From NCBI RefSeq assembly GCF_000002075.1, contig NW_004798433.1, positions 40,447-104,446 of the forward strand: a DNA stretch of 64,000 nt, written 5' to 3'. The notes beneath the pieces were generated by a model. It did no database searches. It worked only from the letters and a program-made list of their open reading frames with translations, and was not told the origin of the DNA. The translations under genes and the position numbers were made by a program. This DNA is from Aplysia californica (lineage: Eukaryota). This document shows, in pieces, positions 48,601 to 59,255 of the stretch (position 1 is the stretch's first letter; each line of letters opens with the position of its first letter).

Positions 48601-51600
48601 CACTTTGACGGCTGGGATGACATCTACGACTACTGGTGCGACATCGTCTCTCCCTCCATCCATCCAGTGGGCTGGTGCCAGCAGAATGGACAAACGCTGA
48701 GCTCTCCACCTGGTCAGTGAATGTTATAGTGGTCCAGTCTCACTTTTTTGCGTGGAAATGAGGATTTTTTTTATTTTTCAGAAAAAAGAATCTTGAAGTA
48801 TTGTGCTATTATCTTGTCATAAGTTCAATTCATGTGCTTGACGTTTTACTTCTAAAACAGAAGCTCGTGAGCTTTGTTTATAAAACTGTTTATTTATTTT
48901 ATTGAGGCCATGAAATGTTCAATTTCGACTTAGTCTTAATTATTGTTTTTGCAGAACTTTAAAAAAAATTATATGAATGTGGCCCTGGGGTCATAGCTGT
49001 TACTGGATAAATTATAGCTTCCGGTTGTGTTTTGGCTCTTGTACAAATACATTTTTGAATAAAAACACATGTCATTTTTTTTCTGACTGCCTGGGACTAC
49101 CATGTTTGGTAAATTATTGATGCAAACTTTCCCTCCCTTTTCACTGCACAGACTATGGGGATGCAGGCAACTTCTCATGGGAGAATTACTTGGCTGACAC
49201 ACGCTCTACTGCTGTCCCAGCACGGGCTTTTAAAACGGTGAGTTTTCATAGAGCTGTGAATCATAAACATGTTGTAGCTTTGAGTTTCTGATTTTTTCCT
49301 CTGTAGTTTGGTATGGGTTTTGTTGTTTTTTGGGGGATTTTTAGTGGGGTTACCTTTTTGATTTTAGAAATCACCAGCCAGCAATTTCTATGTTAAATTT
49401 TTTTTATACAGACTGTTTCTTTAAGATTTTTGGGTTCTTTGCCTCCAGTTATTTATTTTATGAATGCTCCTAAATCATTATAAAAGTCATTAGTGCACCC
49501 AGAAGGCCACTAGAGTTAAGATGGTCAGGGATGAAAGTATGTGTGCTATGTTGTATTATTTACTGTTGTAATGTCGTGCGATCAGCACTCCTGTATCTGT
49601 GGCTAGGTGCTTTGCTCTAGCATGCAGGAGACCCGAGTTAGATATACGAGTGAGAAGAAATTTTTCTGGGGTATCTCGGTCTTTCTGCTGGGATGTTGTT
49701 GTGTCCCTCTCAGTCCAGGTTGACCCTGACAGGCAGGATCAGAAGAAGCCCGTCTCCTCAAAGATCTTATTTTTTCGATGTAGGGTGTAAAAATACTTAC
49801 GTTACGATCAGCAGTGTTTTGGAGACACATAGGTAACATTGGGACTTAATTATGGATATGGTTGTCTTAGCTGTCCCCCAGCAAAAATTTTCTGTGGGTG
49901 GTTGGCGGGTACTGTAGTGTGGTATGCTCCTTCTTTTCTATCAAACATCTTTCATCCTTATCTCTCTTTGTGTTGCAAGTGCCATAAAACTTTTACTAAA
50001 ACTAAACTAAAAAGGTTCTTTTTGAAAATGCCCACTGATGAATTTGGGGATTTTTTTTTTTTACAGCGTACGCCAATGGGTTTTGAGACGGGCATGAAGC
50101 TGGAGATCGTGGACAAGCGAAATCCTATCCTTATTCGTGTGGCAACCATCCAAGATGTGAAAGATTTCCGACTACTCATCCACTTTGACGGCTGGGACTC
50201 TCTTTACGACTACTGGCTGGAGGATGACAGCATGGATCTGCATCCGCCCCAGTGGTGCTGGAAGACATTCCACCCTCTACAGAGTCCCATTGGTGAGCTA
50301 CTATGTGGCGTGTCTTAGAGTTGTCAATGCTTTTTTATTACACTTTCTGGTGCAAAAATTATTTCTGAACAGCTCACTTCTGATTAGTACAGACCTGCCA
50401 CTCATCCCGATTTAATAGGGACATCCCGATTTTTGCTCCAAATCTTAAGCATCTCGATTTTTCCGATTTCGGTCAGGTATATCTCAATTTTTTGCTCCAG
50501 TCTGTTGCACCGGATTTTTCTAAATAATTTACTCTGCCTTCTTCTCTGTAGCTGGAAGCACTCATTGAACTTTTTGTCAGCAGGGTCTCGGAGCATTATT
50601 TTCCGAAATATCGATGCCAAATTTAGTAGCTGACTCACCCCAAGTTGTGTTTGATCTTTGCCCGCTCTCAGAATTCTCCAATGGTAGTCTGATAACTGCA
50701 ACATACAAATAATCGATATATAATATTCGTAGTTTTGCTGTTACTTTCAAAACATGCCTTGTCCGAGGTCTAGTAACTGCGTGTTCACACCAAATTAATA
50801 TTTGGACAAGCAACAGTTGTTCTAACCTTTACACAACTAATTGTGCTGTCTAGACTAACACTCGGCCATTGTCGTTGCTTTGGTCTGAACGCAAATGAGT
50901 GATAAGAAAGAGATATTTTGTTGGTACAATTGGTCGGTCGGCTGTAGCCGTTACCCTAGAAGGACTGTTGCTCGTCCGATTGTTTTTTGTGAACGCGCAG
51001 TTATTTGGGCCCGTCAGTAAAATTGTTTCGCATCACATGACATGACTTCAACATGTGAGTTCCACGTGTGTCAGTCCACGTGTGTCAGGGACCGTCCGTT
51101 GACGGGGTCAACTTAAGTTCATGCACACTGGTTGAAGTGTCTTTCGGGACTTATTGGTTGCAGGGGGTTGAGTGCTTGACATGATGCTTCTGCATTTTTT
51201 TAAAATAATGATAACACGCACACTCCTATTCATATATGCATAGATATATATATATATCCTGGAACATTTTAAAGTCTGCTTGGCGGTCACCATGGTGGTT
51301 TTTGCTGTTGATCCCGATTTTTTCCTCTTGAGATCCTGATTTTGAGATTTCATATAGTGGCAGGTCTGTTAGTAGCGGTATAGTTTACAAATACTTGTCT
51401 TGCCAAAGTAGTGCTTGATGTGGACACATCCTGTGCTGCACAAGACAACTTCTGTTAGCATTCTCTCCCTTGCAGTCTATATTTCTCTCTTGAACATAAT
51501 GCCATTCTTGGATCCTTTCAGAAGTTTCCTTCGAGAGTTAATACGGCACAGTGCACAATGATGGCATCAAGAACAATTATACTCTCTGAAGTTTTGACGA

Positions 51601-54600
51601 CTGTTTTCAAAACTCCCATCTTGCTGCCACTGCATCAAAAGCACAAAAATACCTCTTCTTACTTTGAAGTGTCTCATGTTGAAAATGAATGGCTGTTGCA
51701 ACATTCGGAAATGTGATTGAACCCATGGTCAGTTGCTTTGGTTCAGATCAGGAAACAAAGGTTTTATTTTTCCATATGTATCCCTCTCTCTCTCTTGCCC
51801 TTTTTAACTCCCAGTGGAGCACAGGCCATAAACAGCATTACTCCAGCAAAGCCTGTCCTGAGCATCCTTTTCCTCCATCTTCCAGAACTGGCAGTCATGT
51901 TGTTTTTGCTGTTGTTGTTTTTGTAGCTGCTTTTTGTTTTACGGGAAAGGGCTGCTAACCCTTTGCCCAACCGGCCTTAGTCGCCTTCTGCGACATGCGC
52001 GGTGCGGATACAGTGGTACTATTCTTTGCTCCCCTGTCTCTTGGACAGGGCCCCGAGAGCCACACAGGTGACATGTATCCCATTTGGCATTTATAGGATG
52101 AACCCTGCACTCTCTCTCCCTCTCATGCTCTCACAAAAAATTATTCTTTTGATATGTTGGTGGCTCCAGTAAATGAATCAGTGAAAAGCAATAGTTACCT
52201 TCAACTGCCTTTTTGGACACATTTCCACTGTTCACACCCGCTGAGAGCTCACACAGCTTATTGCGTGCTCTAGCATTGTAGCTTTTGATGTGAGCATACA
52301 GGTGTCCGTCGAGCCACGAGCAAGCGAGCTGCTAGCTGCGCATTAGCTGCTGATGAGCTGCGGTTGTTTTTGATCCAAACACCCGAGCTGTTCTGCTCGA
52401 TGGTGCTCATTGCTAGCTGGGAGGCTGGGCTCAGTTAGTTGTTTTTTATCTAGACCCAGGCTTAGAGTCATCCTCACATATTATGCATTATTAGAATCTT
52501 CTTTAAATCTATAAAACATGAGAAATTCACAAAAACTGCAGAAGCTACAATATTGATTTTGAAACTTTATGTAAAACTCTTTCTAATATGAAGTGATAGA
52601 TAATGGAAATTGAGAGCTAAAAAATAATTTTTGTGCTTCAGAGGTTTCTTCTCAGTGGGCCTGCAATTATGTGCAGACCTTTAGTGAAAAATGATTTCTC
52701 TCAATATCATCTCGATCTTTTTCTCCTTTGCAACAGATAAGGACAGGCACAGCCAGAACGAATCCGCTGGTGGTTGCCCCACATTTGGATGCAAGGGCAT
52801 CGGTCACATCAAAGGGGCCAAGTACACTGGCCACCACAGGTCGGTTTGGAATTTCTGTGTGTGTGTGTGTGTATGCTTGCTTGTCATGTTGTTGTTATAC
52901 GTGATGTCAGTGATCTAGTGGTTAGGCTCTTGGACTAGCAACTATAATGTCGGAAGTTCGAATTATGTCCGAGTTCCAATGTTGTGTTCCTAGGAAAGGC
53001 ACTTTGTTAGAATTTTCCTCACTTCCCCCTGATGGGAATGGGTACCCAGCGGAAGATCTTGTCCATTTATCAGTGTTTGAGCGCTTAGTCTGCCGCTTGT
53101 AGTGTAGGCTTCCCGGGAACCTGACAATGTTGCTGAGCCTCTAGGGTCTGATAGGGTAATAATATAATGTAAAGCACATAGATCTTGCTGTTGAGTGGGG
53201 GTATATGCTATAAAATTGCTATTTTATGTATTATTATTATTATACGAAGAGATGTGTACAAGCATGTTTTCTTGACATGTAATGCAAGTATCTTATCAAG
53301 TGCACTTTTTTTACTGGTAGTATGGGTTAAACGATAGAAATTTCACCTAAAGAATTTGTTAAAATGGAGTGGAACCTGTTCTAGTGGCACCTGTCCAAGA
53401 CAGTTTCGTGTACAAACAACCACTATCCACATTCCCCCGTTTTTGTTTTTCTCCCTATATTATAATGATACTGTCCAGGACATCCACCCGTCTAAGACAA
53501 CTATTTTTCTCCTTGACAATGGATGGCAGTCTTGGATAGTTTCAGTCCGACAGACATATTCAGCCGATGTTGAAGTTTTGATGCTTTGGTTTTGTTCATG
53601 ATGTACATATTCACAGAATCTACCTTATTTTTGGTCATGTTTCAGTGCATTTGGATGTCCTTACTCGGAGGTGAATATGAGCAAAGAATCTGCCCTCACT
53701 GACCGTCTCGGCTCTTCTCGCTCTGAAGAAAGTGGCGGGGTTCTTATCCGGCACGATCCGTCGGGCGAGATTAAGTGAGTAGCTCAAGCTGAGGGTGTTG
53801 TGAAAAAAGTGGGTCGATAGAGAAAATTGAGAATGTTGGTTTAAAAATACATTAACAGGTTGTTTTAACACTGCCCCATGGGATGCCGATCGGCTCCCGG
53901 TGTGATATATAGCGTGTACCGCACCTGTATCCTGGTCCATGGGGATATGTGTTTCGCAGCGCGCTGCGTGTGTGGAAAGTGTTAAAAAATACTGATGCAT
54001 GCTTGTAAAATGGATGCGGAGGGGTGGACAGACATGCAATTGTTTGCCTATATTTTATCCTTATCACTTGTACTGTCATTAATTGGGGTTTTGGTTACCC
54101 TAATGTGAGATAATTTCAGTGAAATATGTTCAGAAATGGGTAACTGAGTTCAGAGTTATAAACAAGTTTTTATTCTTTCCATGCCTATATTATATGGAAA
54201 GTATCAATTCATTCTATGCTACATATAGCTACTATCTTATGTTGTCGGTTAAATGTTTCTATTTGTTGCAATAGTGTGTACTTGTTGTTGTTTTTTTATT
54301 TAAAAAAAAAAGTTTTGCTGACAAAGGTCAATACAGAGAAAATGTTTTACATGAGTAAGTGAAGTCTAATATTTCTCTTAGCATTTTGTTGTTGCACATA
54401 AGGGACTTGAGACCCAAAGCAAGTCGCTGGGGAATATTACTACCTTGCTTGCGCGTTGGATGTAGCTTAAAAAACTTCTCTCCCCACCCCCTTTAGATTT
54501 TTTATTTTTTTTGCCTTTGACACATTTAGTATTACTACTCCACTTGAACCAGTTGAAATGTGTATTCACTGGTGACAATACCTTTATATTTGGGATGGTT

Positions 54601-57600
54601 TGTGTTTTGAGTTTGCTGGTGTTTTATTGCAGGATCTTGGTAAGATATTATAATATGCTTGTATTTGGGAAGCGCCTAAACTAATAAAAGAACTACAGTT
54701 GAAATTGTTGAAGATTCCCCCCCCCCCCCCCCCCTTTGTTATTGTTAAGGAGAGAAAAGTGGTTGTCTTTGTCAGGTGGATGTCTTGGACTGTCGCACTG
54801 TGTCATTATGATACAGAAAAAAGCAAGGGTGGGAGTGGGAAGTGGTCATTTGTACGAGTGATTGTCTTGGGACGGGTGGCCGTTAGAGCAGGTTCGATAC
54901 TTGTATACTTTTCTCTTTGTATCAGACGATGTCCCACGCCTGGTTGTGATGGCCTTGGCCACGTCACAGGCAAGTTCACATCTCACCATTGCCTGTCAGG
55001 ATGTCCTCTTGCTGAGAAAAACCTGGCCAAAGTGAAGCAGGAAAATGGCGTGGGGTCACGACCAGTGGGAAGGCCAGGTCGTGGGCGCAAAAGGTATGTC
55101 TTTTTCAATTGCTCAATGTTAGACTCCGCTGTACGTCATTTTTCTAAATGACGTATGGCGGAGTCTTGCACTAAACATTCCTTTCGGTTGTTGTTGTTTT
55201 GTTGGGGTTGTTTGTGGTCTGATACGTTGTTGTACAAGTCTTCATTACTCTCACCTGTTTTTGTTGAGATTGTCAAAAGGTGGTTGTGCAGGAATATTTA
55301 AAGCTTGGATTGCATTGTATTCCTTACTGTCCGAAGATCACTCACATTACTCCCATTTCCTACCTACCTCTTTCCAAGTCTGCCATCTGTCGCCTGGGAA
55401 ACTTGCACTGTTTTACACTCTTCTGAAATTGAAGTTTGAACTTCAACCTCCCTCCTTTCTTTGTACAGTAGATTGGTTGGGTTTTTTTAGGGGGATTTTT
55501 CACCCACCTTGTGAAGGTTGATGGATGAAACTCTTGTATGTTCTACTCGTTGTATAGTAATAATAGTGATAGATCGTCTGCGAAAGTCTGACCATAACCA
55601 AAGCATCTGCAGAGAAGAATACTTCTTAAGCGAAATAAAAGAAATAAGATGACTTATGCTATAGCCAATGAGACCAATTCTGATAGAAAGCGCTTAACAC
55701 ATTTTGGGCATCCAAAAGCTTGCCAGTTGTCCACTGTGCTGTTCATGTGTTATTCCTTCCCACAGAAAACTGCTGAGCTACCCACAAGTTCTCTGTGATA
55801 AAATGGTGAAGCATGAACCTTTGGAAGGTGAGTTTAGAGTGCATGGGTCTTTGAGCAGTTTTTGAAATCTTTTAAACATGTATGTGATCTGTCAAGAACT
55901 GGATGATTTTATAGAGAGTATCACAGATGCTAGACATTGTGGTGTGGTGTAGTTGCACGGGCAGACTATTTCAATTTCTGCTTATGTACAATTTTTTGTT
56001 GATTGGGCAGTGTTTTTCAGATAGAATTGTTATAACCCTTTCCGACAAGAATCACTGTTTTATTTGTATTGCACAAAAATATGATAAAGCACTGATATCA
56101 AATACAGTAAGATTGACAAATTCTCACAATTTTAAATTCTTGAAATAGATTAAAGCAGTTTTGAAAGTGTCGAGTTTTATTTTGTTTTGTTCTTTTTCCG
56201 CCTGTGGTGTCAGCTCCGAGTGAAGAAGTGAGTGCATTCCACGCAAGTATCCACGAGTCTGTGTTCCAGTCGGGAGTGCCCGTCCCCGCCTCCCGTGAAC
56301 AGCCTCTGTGCTGGGAGCAGCACGCCAAGCTCCTGCCTGGTGTGGGGACGGTCAACCGTACCTGCGTGCCTCGGTGGTCAGTGGAGGAGGTGGCCGACTT
56401 CATACAGCGGCTGACGGGGAAACAGGAACAAGCGCAGAGGTTTCGGGATGAGGTAAGCAGGGCTGCCTAAATCTACCGATTTTTCCGGTAGTGACTGATT
56501 TTGGGCCTGCTCTACCGCCATACCGATATAGGGGTCAAAACCAAATTTGCGATGGGCACCTAGAGTAAAAGACCCAAAAAAAGAACGTTTTGTAGTTACC
56601 AATCTTCCCAGTTTTTGCGAAAATCCGTACATTCCGAAAAATCCGTATTTGTCGAATCATCATATCAACTCCATTCGTTAAAGAAAAAGAGAGAGACAGT
56701 AGATCTATTAATATTAACAGCTTTCTGTGGCAAAGGATCAGTGTACTTGTATCCGTAACTTCTCGGATATTTACGGCAATTCTCGGCAATAAGTTGTTCG
56801 AAACTGCCAGATTTCGCATAATCGACCATTTTCCCTCTATGCAGTTCGGTCGGCAATATATTTTCACATGCAAGTCAGCTAAAAGCTGATAATCTTCCTC
56901 CTTTCTTTTATTCATGCTTTCTGTTGATCTTCGGGTTTTTGTTGCGGCTTGAAAATATGTGCATTTATCAAGAAATGTGATATTGAGGCAAAACTTTCGC
57001 AAATCTGGCTAGATCTAGAGAATTGGTCTGTACCGGCTTGAGGATTTTACGGTCGTGGGATAAAGCAGCAGTGCAAGAAACTGATGCTAAAATTAAATAA
57101 TAACTCCGAGGTTTTGATATTCGGCAATCAGAAATTTCAATTTATGAAGGAAAATTAGAGTACAGCCTTGGTGATTGTCTTCACGGATTTGCCTAATGTC
57201 AAAACAAAATAAAAGGCTAGTTGTATTTTGGCACTATGAACCATGCCATTTTGCTATCGCAGTGACAACATGTTCTTTGTAAATTTTGAAACAGTTCAAA
57301 AGAGACTATATGACTAAATGAAAGTCGTGTCATCTAAAGGAAGCAGCTTTTTCTATGTTAGAAGTGATCCTGAAAATATCTCTAGCCAAAGTGGCTGTTT
57401 ACTGATAATGTTGGTTTATTGTTTTTTTTTCTGAAGCATTTTTAACAAGACTTCTAGTGTAATAATATACTTGAACTTTTCTTTTCTCTGTCCTCAGGAA
57501 ATTGATGGAGACTCATTTTTGCTCCTGCAACAAAGTGATCTGATGAACTTTCTCAATATAAAACTAGGACCAGCTGTCAAGATTTTCAACAGCATCTTAG

Positions 57601-57629
57601 TTTTTAAAGGAGCAAACGATCCACTTTAG
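31109..57629 (+). CDS. L3MBTL3: Lethal(3)malignant brain tumor-like protein (L3MBTL1/3/4 pro-ortholog), 22 coding exons, ~1510 aa
   Basis: Motif [17 protein letters not shown]|[11 protein letters not shown], an FCS finger, three MBT repeats ([24 protein letters not shown]...HFDG), two CCHHC fingers and a SAM domain ([10 protein letters not shown]...[10 protein letters not shown]...IKLGPAVKI). The 22 exons sum to 4533 nt with consistent phases. Confidence 0.93.
32798..33011 (+). CDS. L3MBTL3: L3MBTL coding exon 2
   Basis: CCAG|GCT ... G|GTGAGA; phase 0->1. Confidence 0.8.
33294..34132 (+). CDS. L3MBTL3: L3MBTL coding exon 3 (Q/P/S/T-rich)
   Basis: 311-aa ORF; ACAG|GT ... ATG|GTGAGT. Confidence 0.85.
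34829..34910. repeat. (TC)n / (TCACTC)n microsatellite just upstream of the L3MBTL exon 4 acceptor
   Basis: Seen directly. Confidence 0.95.
34950..35150 (+). CDS. L3MBTL3: L3MBTL coding exon 4
   Basis: GCAG|TTA ... TCG|GTGCGT; phase 0-0. Confidence 0.75.
35807..36211 (+). CDS. L3MBTL3: L3MBTL coding exon 5 (S/T-rich)
   Basis: TTTCAG|ACA ... CAA|GTGAGT. Confidence 0.8.
36498..38050. mobile_element. Non-autonomous DNA element with long imperfect GC-rich TIRs
   Basis: TTTTAGTT-CGCG ... CGCGGCAACTAAAA; inner CGGGGTCACGGGGT / ACCCCTGTGACCCCG. Confidence 0.6.
38401..38596 (+). CDS. L3MBTL3: L3MBTL coding exon 6 (GC donor)
   Basis: TTTCAG|ATA ... GAG|GCAAGT gives the phase 1 needed by the next exon. 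Confidence 0.75.
39269..39414 (+). CDS. L3MBTL3: L3MBTL coding exon 7
   Basis: CCCAG|AT; [17 protein letters not shown]; AAG|GTAAGC. Confidence 0.9.
40867..41059 (+). CDS. L3MBTL3: L3MBTL coding exon 8
   Basis: TTTCAG|TTC; [11 protein letters not shown] plus acidic tract; G|GTAAGT. Confidence 0.88.
41381..41510 (+). CDS. L3MBTL3: L3MBTL coding exon 9 (FCS zinc finger)
   Basis: CVYCG...RFCSQTCA; ACAG|TG ... AA|GTAAGT. Confidence 0.9.
41938..42059 (+). CDS. L3MBTL3: L3MBTL coding exon 10 (basic, NLS-like)
   Basis: TTGCAG|G ... G|GTAAGG; an in-phase alternative donor G|GTGAGC at 42020 is also possible. Confidence 0.8.
42328..43816. mobile_element. hAT-like non-autonomous element with 6-bp TSD
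   Basis: CAGGGTCCC ... GGGACCCTG; subterminal GTCGGGAA repeats; TTGAAA on both sides. Confidence 0.8.
44159..44253 (+). CDS. L3MBTL3: L3MBTL coding exon 11 (MBT1 arm)
   Basis: [20 protein letters not shown]; GAG|GTGAGT. Confidence 0.92.
44888..45122 (+). CDS. L3MBTL3: L3MBTL coding exon 12 (MBT1 core)
   Basis: [16 protein letters not shown]...[19 protein letters not shown]. Confidence 0.95.
46605..46699 (+). CDS. L3MBTL3: L3MBTL coding exon 13 (MBT2 arm)
   Basis: [20 protein letters not shown]; TTCAG|AC ... ACG|GTCAGT. Confidence 0.92.
46848..47698. mobile_element. Tc1/mariner(pogo)-type MITE, same family as 19261-20076
   Basis: CAGTCGAACCTG ... CAGGTTTGACTG; internal sequence aligns with 19261-20076. 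Confidence 0.88.
48487..48712 (+). CDS. L3MBTL3: L3MBTL coding exon 14 (MBT2 core)
   Basis: [14 protein letters not shown]...[12 protein letters not shown]...IHPVGWC. Confidence 0.95.
49152..49237 (+). CDS. L3MBTL3: L3MBTL coding exon 15 (MBT3 arm)
   Basis: [21 protein letters not shown]; ACG|GTGAGT. Confidence 0.92.
49896..50011 (+). mobile_element. Short SINE family B (internally deleted)
   Basis: GGGTGGTTGGCGGG start; TGTGTTGCAAGTGCCATAAAAC...ACTAAACTAA tail. Confidence 0.75.
50067..50292 (+). CDS. L3MBTL3: L3MBTL coding exon 16 (MBT3 core)
   Basis: [16 protein letters not shown]...[12 protein letters not shown]. Confidence 0.95.
50390..51368. mobile_element. hAT-like non-autonomous element with 6-bp TSD
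   Basis: CAGACCTGCCACT ... AGTGGCAGGTCTG; subterminal (C)CCGATTT repeats; TTAGTA on both sides. Confidence 0.85.
51785..52070 (-). mobile_element. Bipartite non-autonomous RTE derivative (RTE 5' UTR fused to RTE 3' end)
   Basis: The 5' part matches 16571-16666 and the 3' part matches 829-930 and 4030-4149; TSD atatgtatccc (51774-51784) / acatgtatccc (52071-52081). Confidence 0.75.
52737..52839 (+). CDS. L3MBTL3: L3MBTL coding exon 17 (CCHHC finger 1)
   Basis: [21 protein letters not shown]. Confidence 0.92.
52901..53243 (+). mobile_element. tRNA-derived SINE with CORE-like middle and L2/CR1-like tail
   Basis: A box TGATCTAGTGG, B box AGTTCGAATT, GTGTTCCTAGGAAAGGCACTT...AATGGGTACC middle, GTAAAGCAC...(TAT)n tail. 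Confidence 0.65.
53646..53774 (+). CDS. L3MBTL3: L3MBTL coding exon 18
   Basis: (S)[11 protein letters not shown]...; TTCAG|T ... AA|GTGAGT. Confidence 0.9.
54926..55093 (+). CDS. L3MBTL3: L3MBTL coding exon 19 (CCHHC finger 2)
   Basis: [26 protein letters not shown]. Confidence 0.93.
55766..55827 (+). CDS. L3MBTL3: L3MBTL coding exon 20
   Basis: CACAG|A ... G|GTGAGT; needed to bridge phase 2 to phase 1. Confidence 0.8.
56214..56452 (+). CDS. L3MBTL3: L3MBTL coding exon 21 (pre-SAM and SAM start)
   Basis: [13 protein letters not shown]...[10 protein letters not shown]; GAG|GTAAGC. Confidence 0.93.
57498..57629 (+). CDS. L3MBTL3: L3MBTL last coding exon (SAM)
   Basis: [33 protein letters not shown]; TAG at 57627-57629. 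Confidence 0.93.
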   Translation, partial: EIDGDSFLLLQQSDLMNFLNIKLGPAVKIFNSILVFKGANDPL

Positions 57630-58847
57630 TCAAATGTGCTTCCAGTTTTGTGATTGTTGTGAATTGTCTAGAGCAGAATAGAGGTGCTATTTTACTGTTG
57701 TTTTTAGTCATAGATTTAAGTTCATGAATCCATAATAATAATGGTCAAGTATACTTACAGTTTCATGTATATATTGCTTCATTAACGGACAAAAACAGAA
57801 TGCAGCTGAGTACTTTTGTCTTGAAAGAATGGTCTGTTCGAAGATAAAGAGCAAAGACACTTGACTGTGGAAAGGTCTAGTGAAAGTTTTGTAGATAGCT
57901 TATATGCTCCATCTTTTTGTATTTGTTCATATAAAAATTTTGTATGACATAAATGTAGAGTTTAAATGCTTCATCATTCATGTCATCTGAAATATGAAAA
58001 GCAGGTAAATTATTTATAGAGTGCTAATTTTTTAAATAATTTTTTTGAGGGGGGGTTCAAAGCAATAGTGCAGTATAATTTGATCTCATATCCTGTAACG
58101 TTTATGAACACTTTTGACTGGATGGTCTCACAGTATGGAGCCTACAACTTTTTACTCGTAAATAGAGGTGCAACAAAGAACTTTTGTCGGTTAGTTGTGT
58201 GTCCCTCCTGCGTTTCGTACCTGCTTCTCTGTAAATTCTACATTCCATCAGGTTGTGTGACCAGTGATACATGTCACTGAGGAGTCCTTCTGTGTAGACC
58301 TTGTGCTGTTTCCGCCGTCTGCCGTCCGTTAATTTTTTAAGCTCTTTATAACTGTTGTTGTATTGGTCAGGATGTGAGCTGCTTCAACTCTTTTTAGAAA
58401 AAGTTCAAGCTTCTGAATAATTTTTTTGTGGAGTCCACTGCATAGATGCATGGATATATGTATACTTTGTAAAGATTTTAGTTTTTAGAGGGCTTCTTTT
58501 ATTTAGTTATTTAGTTCTGAATTGCTAGCACAATTCCTTAATTAACAATTTACTTTCGCAGAAGGGTTGTCGCCTTTCAACTATAAGTCCAACCCTTGTA
58601 CTATAGAGATGTACAAACAATAATTAAATTTTCATTTCTTTACATGGCAGTATAAGGGGTAGATGGCCTTTACTGCTCTGATAGTGAATTCATGGAGATA
58701 GTGTGTGCATCTGAACCAGTGGATATTGAAACAATATCATTTGCTTGCTAAGTTGGAGTTTTTGTATAGGATTCCTGTTTGTGGAAAATTTAAAGCTGCA
58801 CCAATAGTAACTTGGTGTACATCTAGTTTCCATATGGACATTTGTGG

Positions 58848-59255
58848 CACAACGAGGTGGAATCAGGCGCTCGTCAGTTTTTGAGCATACAGAGTTAACT
58901 TAGTATCATCTGCAAGCTTATTCATTTTCCTTGCTTTCCATGAAAAAATAACAAACTATCTTGAAAATAAGTCAGGAGGTGTTGGTAGCAGGTATCAGAG
59001 GTTAAATTAATGAGAAAATGGCTGCCAAAGTTTGATAACATCGGTAGCTTGAGAGTCCTTGAAATAATGAAAGCTGAAAATTTACATATTATTAATCAAT
59101 GTTTTTCAATAAAATTCACATTGAAATGTGTTTTATAATGGACTGAAAGATGTTGAGCCTAAATACAAAAATTCTATTAAAATTGCCCAACTGGCAGACA
59201 AATGCCATTTTCCTCAATCTCGTCATTTTGACAAGCGCCTCATTTTACCACAATG
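58848..59255. mobile_element. MITE, same family as 13015-13428
   Basis: ATCAGGCGCTCGTCA ... TGACAAGCGCCTCAT. Confidence 0.65.
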
